Of a DNA stretch of 64,000 nucleotides, positions 59,613-64,000 are shown piece after piece. The notes beneath the pieces are model-generated. The model worked only from the letters and a program-made list of their open reading frames with translations, was not told where the DNA came from and ran no database searches. The translations under genes were made by a program, and so were the position numbers. Position 1 is the first letter of the stretch, and every line of letters begins with the position of its first letter. The stretch comes from Nanobdellota archaeon (GTDB taxonomy: Archaea > Nanobdellota > Nanobdellia > Parvarchaeales > Parvarchaeaceae), in assembly GCA_021817165.1 (NCBI GenBank), contig JAKAVT010000004.1, positions 1,757-65,756 of the forward strand, read 5' to 3'.

Positions 59613-60902
59613 TTATGGAATCAGTCTTTCTGGCGTTCTTGGCAGCAGAGTCGCTTCCGCTACGTTTTCTAGATTAAGCATCTGCTTTACTATTCTTTCT
59701 AGGCCGGTGCCTGAGCCGCCATGTGGTGGCACGCCGTACCTGAAAAAATCCGTGTAGAATTTGAACTTTTCTGGATCCAGATTCTTTTCCTTTAACTGTT
59801 TTATTAGAACGTCATATCTGTGCTCCCTCTGAGCCAGAGTAGTTATCTCCAGGCCCTTGTATATGAGATCGGCCCTGTTCGTAACCTCTTCATTTCCTTC
59901 TTTTTTCATGTGATAGAACTGTGCGATTGACCATGGAAATTCCGTCAAAAAGAAAAAGTCGCTGCCGTACCTTTCCTTTACGTACTGGCCCATTATCCTT
60001 TCCCCTTCCGGATCAATATCACCGTCTTCTTTAAGCTTGTTCCCGTATTTCTTCAATATCTCTCCTGCTTCCTTTATCGTTATCCTTGGGAAAGGCGTTT
60101 TCAACTCTTCTAGGTTTATGCCGTAAAGCTCCAAATCGTTCTTGTTTCTTTCCCTGACTTCTTTAAAGATTCGAAGCATAAGCTTTTCCATTACTGTCAT
60201 TACTTCTTCGTATGAATTTATGAAGCTCATCTCCAAATCAACGCTTGTGTACTCGGTCAAATGCCTCGTTGTGTGGTGCGGCTCTGCCCTGAAAACGGGG
60301 CCTATCTCAAAGACTTTTTCAAAGCCTGCGGCCATCATCATCTGCTTGTAAAACTGCGGAGATTGCGCTAGAAAAGCGGTCCTGTCAAAGTAAAGCACTT
60401 TAAAAACATCTGCCCCTCCTTCTGTGGCTTGCGATATTATTTTTGACGAGTGTATCTGGTAAAAACCGTTGTCTTCAAAGAACTTCGTTATTGCATTGCT
60501 TACCGTGCTTTGTATTTTAAAGATGGCTGAAATCTTCGGCTTCCTCAAACTCAAAAACCTAAAGTCAAGTTCCTTGTCCAAAGAGGACTGCACTTTGTCG
60601 CTTAGGTTAAGCGGAACCGGCTGTTCAGCCACTGTCAGAATCTCCAGCTTCTTTGGTATAACTTCATAGCCGTTTACTGCCTTTGGGTTTTCCTGTCTTT
60701 CTCCGACAACCTCTATGACGGATTCGGCCTTTATCTCCGCAAGCTTTTCAAAAAGTTCTGGATTTGAATTCTTGGAAACGGTTATCTGGTATTTTCCGTT
60801 TATGTCCCTTAGCGTTATAAACGCCAAACCGCCGAGATTCCTTACGTTTTCGGCCCATCCCCTTATTTCCACGTTTCCGTCCTTGTTTATTATCATAAAC
60901 AT
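59613..60902 (-). CDS. aspS: Aspartyl-tRNA synthetase, archaeal type (class IIb)
   Basis: 429 aa. N-terminal OB (RGWAENVRNLGGLAFITLRD), motif 2 FRAEPHHTTRHLTEY, and motif 3 region PPHGGSGTGLERIV. An AsnRS identity cannot be fully excluded by eye. Confidence 0.78.
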   Translation of the reverse strand: MFMIINKDGNVEIRGWAENVRNLGGLAFITLRDINGKYQITVSKNSNPELFEKLAEIKAESVIEVVGERQENPKAVNGYEVIPKKLEILTVAEQPVPLNLSDKVQSSLDKELDFRFLSLRKPKISAIFKIQSTVSNAITKFFEDNGFYQIHSSKIISQATEGGADVFKVLYFDRTAFLAQSPQFYKQMMMAAGFEKVFEIGPVFRAEPHHTTRHLTEYTSVDLEMSFINSYEEVMTVMEKLMLRIFKEVRERNKNDLELYGINLEELKTPFPRITIKEAGEILKKYGNKLKEDGDIDPEGERIMGQYVKERYGSDFFFLTEFPWSIAQFYHMKKEGNEEVTNRADLIYKGLEITTLAQREHRYDVLIKQLKEKNLDPEKFKFYTDFFRYGVPPHGGSGTGLERIVKQMLNLENVAEATLLPRTPERLIP

Positions 60903-61019
60903 CTTTCTATCTTTGGATTAATAAATGTATTTCTATCAAAACATATAACGTTGTTTTATGCATTTCCGGTGACGGCTTGAGACATGCAAAGTTAAATTTC
61001 TAGCGGAATTATAATAGAA

Positions 61020-61907
61020 ATGGAAGAAAGCATTGAAGGGGCCAGGCTGCACACTGCAGAGCACGTGTTTGCAAGGGCTCTGCAAGAACAGGGATTAAAC
61101 ATACATGTAAGAAAGGCAGATACCTACAGACCTGACAATATCGGAAAGGCATACGTAAAGGAAATCATACCTTTTGAAAAGATAATGGAAGCCGAAAAGG
61201 CCGTAAATGCAAAAATCCTTGAAAACCTTACAATAACGGAAGAAAACTTTGAAAACTTGGAAGAAGCGATGAAAAAGAACCCAAAACTGAGATTTAATGA
61301 AGACAGGCTTGACAAAGAGCAGCAGGTTAGAGTAGTAACTATAGGGCAATATGATTTTTCCGCATGCAAACACAGGCATGTAGAAAAGACGGGGGAGATA
61401 ACGATGTTTGCTGTAAAACGCATTTCCTATTTGGGAGGAGAGACTGAAATAGAATTTCTTGCCGGAAATGACGCCTTGCTTTTCATCCTGCAAATAAAAA
61501 ACGAAGTAATCAAGGTGGCAATGGACAGGCACTTCATACCAGAAAAGCTTTCGGAATACATAAAAAACGAGAACGAAAGGATTGCTGAAACGGAAAAAGA
61601 AGAAAAAGAAATGCTATATAGGCTGCTGGAAAACGATTCCGGTTTGATATTACTGAAAGGCGTAAAAATATCGAAGTTTTATGGAGAGCTGAATTACTTC
61701 GTAAAAGCGCATCCGGAAAAGTGCACAGGCATAACCAACGGCCAGCAAATAACCGTTATAAAAGGAAAAACCTGCAGTACAAATCTTTTGGAAATCGGCG
61801 AAAAGATAAAGGCCCTTGGTTTTGATGGCAGCGTTAATGAAAGCTCGATAAACGGAAAAGTAAATGAAAGGATAATAAAGGAAATTGAGGGCTTGTGGAA
61901 AACCTGA
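61020..61907 (+). CDS. alaX: AlaX-type trans-editing domain protein (Ser/Gly-tRNA-Ala deacylase)
   Basis: 295 aa. H-x3-H (HTAEHVFARAL) and C-x3-H (ACKHRHV) zinc motifs of the AlaRS/ThrRS second additional domain. Confidence 0.78.
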   Translation: MEESIEGARLHTAEHVFARALQEQGLNIHVRKADTYRPDNIGKAYVKEIIPFEKIMEAEKAVNAKILENLTITEENFENLEEAMKKNPKLRFNEDRLDKEQQVRVVTIGQYDFSACKHRHVEKTGEITMFAVKRISYLGGETEIEFLAGNDALLFILQIKNEVIKVAMDRHFIPEKLSEYIKNENERIAETEKEEKEMLYRLLENDSGLILLKGVKISKFYGELNYFVKAHPEKCTGITNGQQITVIKGKTCSTNLLEIGEKIKALGFDGSVNESSINGKVNERIIKEIEGLWKT

Positions 61908-62464
61908 AAGAGGTATCTGAAGAGATAGTAAGATGCACACTCTGCGATTTATGCTTAAAGAGGAAGAATGCAGTGCCTGGGGAAGGAAACGAAAAGGCCA
62001 GTGTTGTCATAATAGGGGAGGCTCCCGGCAAAAACGAAGACCTGCAGGGCAGGCCATTTATAGGCATGTCTGGAAGATTCCTTTCCAAAGCATTGGAAAG
62101 CATTGGAATAGCTAGATCAATGGTTTTCATAACAAACGCTGTAAAGTGTAGACCTCCAAACAACAGAAAGCCGAAAAAGGAAGAGATAGAGAAATGTCGG
62201 CCTTATCTTGTAAGGCAGCTTTCTGTTATACAGCCAAAGCTTATACTTGCATTAGGAACTTCGGCAGCCTCTTCGCTTGGGATTGAATTCAAGCACTTAA
62301 GCGAGATAAAAAGCAGATTTATCGATATTACGTTAAATGAAAGGCATTTTAAGTGCCTGGTTACGTTCCATCCATCATTTCCAATGCGCTTCCCATCGGC
62401 AAGAAAAGCCTTTATGGAAGACCTTTCTAAAGCGTTTAATTTGTATAATAATTTACCTACATAA
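61895..62464 (+). CDS. udg: Family-4 uracil-DNA glycosylase (4Fe-4S)
   Basis: 189 aa. CTLCDLC, GEAPGKNEDLQGRPFIGMSG, NAVKCRPP and FHPS. 13-nt overlap with alaX. Confidence 0.85.
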   Translation: MENLKEVSEEIVRCTLCDLCLKRKNAVPGEGNEKASVVIIGEAPGKNEDLQGRPFIGMSGRFLSKALESIGIARSMVFITNAVKCRPPNNRKPKKEEIEKCRPYLVRQLSVIQPKLILALGTSAASSLGIEFKHLSEIKSRFIDITLNERHFKCLVTFHPSFPMRFPSARKAFMEDLSKAFNLYNNLPT

Positions 62465-62507
62465 TAATAGTAAAGTATTTATATAGCTATATCTCATAGT
62501 ATACAGT

Positions 62508-63512
62508 ATGAAAACAGCTAAAAATCAGGATGAAAAAGATAAAAAGAAGGAAGATCAGCAAATGGCTGATGCACAACCTGCTAGTACGGAAACAGCTGGG
62601 AAGCAGACTTTAGATGATATAATGGGGGAAAACGGAGAGCACTACGACGCTTTAAACGAATTCGTAACGGACATAAAACAACTTGAAAACAACAGCTATA
62701 AGAATTTCTCGGAGTTCGGCAAAAACTTTTACCAAAGCTATGAACACTACATACAGCAGAGCTCAATCAAAGACGAAATAAGATTCGCGACAGGTTTTCC
62801 TGCCGGACTAAAAGCGCTTTTAAACAGCACTTCTATTACTGTAGACAAGAAAAAACAGTACATGCAGAGGATGATAAATCAGATTATGCCTGTTTTGTCT
62901 TCCGACTACGCTAAGATAAAGAACAGCTTGTCTCCAGAAAATTACCACAACATGGTAAAGGGTTCGCTGAATGACCCTATGATCATGGTTAGTCCGTTTA
63001 CAACCAACCTGAAACAGGAGCTGGGCAAGAATGAGAATTACGGGAGAACCGTAAATATGAGTCAGATGTCAAAAGACATGGAGAACGACTTAGAAAAAGG
63101 AGATTTTTCAAAGTTGGCAGATTACTTCGAAAAGATACCTTATAACAGGGATACATACAAAAAACTGAATCTTAACGACAGGCAGATAGACAAGATGATG
63201 GACGACGCTAACAAAATATTCAGAGACGTCACTTCGGATTTAAATGATGACTCCAAAAAACAGATTATGGGTTCTCTTATGTTAGTATTGTCGGAAGAGA
63301 GCGACAAACAGTTTTCAAAACTGGACAAAACCCACTCTGTTAATTCGTTCAACAACGCAAATCCAGATCCAGTTACTGGTTTATACCTTGCTTTAAATTC
63401 GTCCAAAAGTCCAGTAAATCCAATTGGTAACGGAGTTGACGCGAAAAATTTTGCAAGAATGATGAGGGGCAATCCTTACGCAGCTAGGTCTGCCATGGGA
63501 TTGACTTATTAG
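62508..63512 (+). CDS. Hypothetical protein
   Basis: 334 aa. Charged N-terminus, no TM, no recognisable motif. Confidence 0.5.
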   Translation: MKTAKNQDEKDKKKEDQQMADAQPASTETAGKQTLDDIMGENGEHYDALNEFVTDIKQLENNSYKNFSEFGKNFYQSYEHYIQQSSIKDEIRFATGFPAGLKALLNSTSITVDKKKQYMQRMINQIMPVLSSDYAKIKNSLSPENYHNMVKGSLNDPMIMVSPFTTNLKQELGKNENYGRTVNMSQMSKDMENDLEKGDFSKLADYFEKIPYNRDTYKKLNLNDRQIDKMMDDANKIFRDVTSDLNDDSKKQIMGSLMLVLSEESDKQFSKLDKTHSVNSFNNANPDPVTGLYLALNSSKSPVNPIGNGVDAKNFARMMRGNPYAARSAMGLTY

Positions 63513-63523
63513 GAGGTGTTTTT

Positions 63524-64000
63524 ATGAAAGTTGTAGGATTTGCAGAAGGGGGGTACAAGGTAATAGATACTAATGGCTCTAGCGCATTAGGAAAAAGCTT
63601 TAATTACACGCAATGGAATAACAATCGAAAATACAACCTGCAGAATTTCGCAGGTTCATTGCAAAGAGAAATGGGCACTGGGAACATAGCCGATTTGATG
63701 GCTTACAATGAAATAGCAAAGGTGCAGGTAGCCGCAGAAATGCCTGGTGCAAAGGTTGTAGGTTTAGAAGACAAGCTTTCAGAAATAAGAAGATTAAATC
63801 AATTGGAGCAGTCCGGACTTCAGCCACAGAAGACATTGGGCCCGTTTAACCCATTACATTTTGACATTATAGATGCGGGAGTGTTGAAAACCTATGATAG
63901 TAATAATAATGTTAAACTTCAAAAAATGTATAGACTAAAGATAGAATATGGTTACAGGATATTAGACAAAAAGAAGGCTTATCACCAGAACATGCATGAT
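63524..64000 (+). CDS. Hypothetical protein (5' complete, runs off the right edge)
   Basis: Not in the ORF track. ATG at 63524 is preceded by AGGAGGTG (63511..63518). Manual translation MKVVGFAEGGYKVIDTNGSSALGKSFNYTQWNNN... stays open for all 159 codons to position 64000. Confidence 0.55.
   Translation, partial: MKVVGFAEGGYKVIDTNGSSALGKSFNYTQWNNNRKYNLQNFAGSLQREMGTGNIADLMAYNEIAKVQVAAEMPGAKVVGLEDKLSEIRRLNQLEQSGLQPQKTLGPFNPLHFDIIDAGVLKTYDSNNNVKLQKMYRLKIEYGYRILDKKKAYHQNMHD

Noticed and set aside
1-64000. CRISPR arrays, cas genes, integrases, transposases, IS inverted repeats, prophage structural genes
   Set aside because: I scanned intergenic regions for regularly spaced direct repeats and the ORF list for recombinase/DDE/HNH-type motifs and found none. 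The accessory islands are therefore proposed on composition, content and the tRNA/TA boundaries only, not as demonstrable mobile elements.

Overview
Gene-dense, low-GC archaeal chromosomal segment: about 75 protein genes and 5 tRNA genes. No rRNA, CRISPR array, integrase or transposase was recognised. Hand counts of single 60-nt lines give about 38-45 % GC in housekeeping genes and only 17-28 % in some accessory blocks.

Archaeal hallmarks:
- Spt5/NusG followed by uL11, XPD helicase, TruD/Pus7, archaeal-type AspRS and AlaX.
- A family-4 UDG and an intron-containing tRNA-Cys.
- A FlaI/TadA-type ATPase with FlaJ/TadBC-type platform genes.
- A large S-layer-like glycoprotein.
- TTTATATA-type promoters placed for leaderless mRNAs, alongside some GGAGGTG-type Shine-Dalgarno sites.
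- Many ATGA or 4-nt start/stop overlaps.

Cytochrome bd, dPGM, an MFS sugar porter and at least eight N-terminally anchored, N-x-S/T-rich surface proteins suggest a small aerobic or microaerobic organism, possibly an acidophile, related to Thermoplasmata or DPANN/Micrarchaeota. This taxonomic placement is inference only.

The accessory content lies on both sides of tRNA-Ser (23525..23607):
- Left, 17.8-23.4 kb: a defence-island-like set. It holds a short HerA/FtsK-clade ATPase coupled to an anchored glycoprotein, an AT-rich COG1373-type AAA ATPase with a nuclease-like C-terminus, a MazG-like pyrophosphohydrolase and orphan genes.
- Right, 23.7-35.4 kb: a glycan-diversification island. It holds GT4, a sulfatase-like enzyme lacking the FGly motif, two pairs of duplicated GT-A genes, a sugar C-methyltransferase, rmlABCD and an FkbM methyltransferase. 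The core at 26.1-31.2 kb has extremely low GC.
- The glycan island is closed by an AbiEi/AbiEii toxin-antitoxin pair with a candidate operator.

Other points worth a second look:
- An atypical tRNA-Gly(CCC).
- An overlapping four-gene module around a processive GT2 synthase.
- A pilus locus with a split platform and no pilin genes.
- An S66 LD-carboxypeptidase/MccF-like gene in an archaeon.
- A cydAB cluster carrying a zinc-ribbon gene that overlaps cydB.
- Several orphan coiled-coil operons.

All functional calls come from motifs read by eye in the supplied translations. No database search was run.
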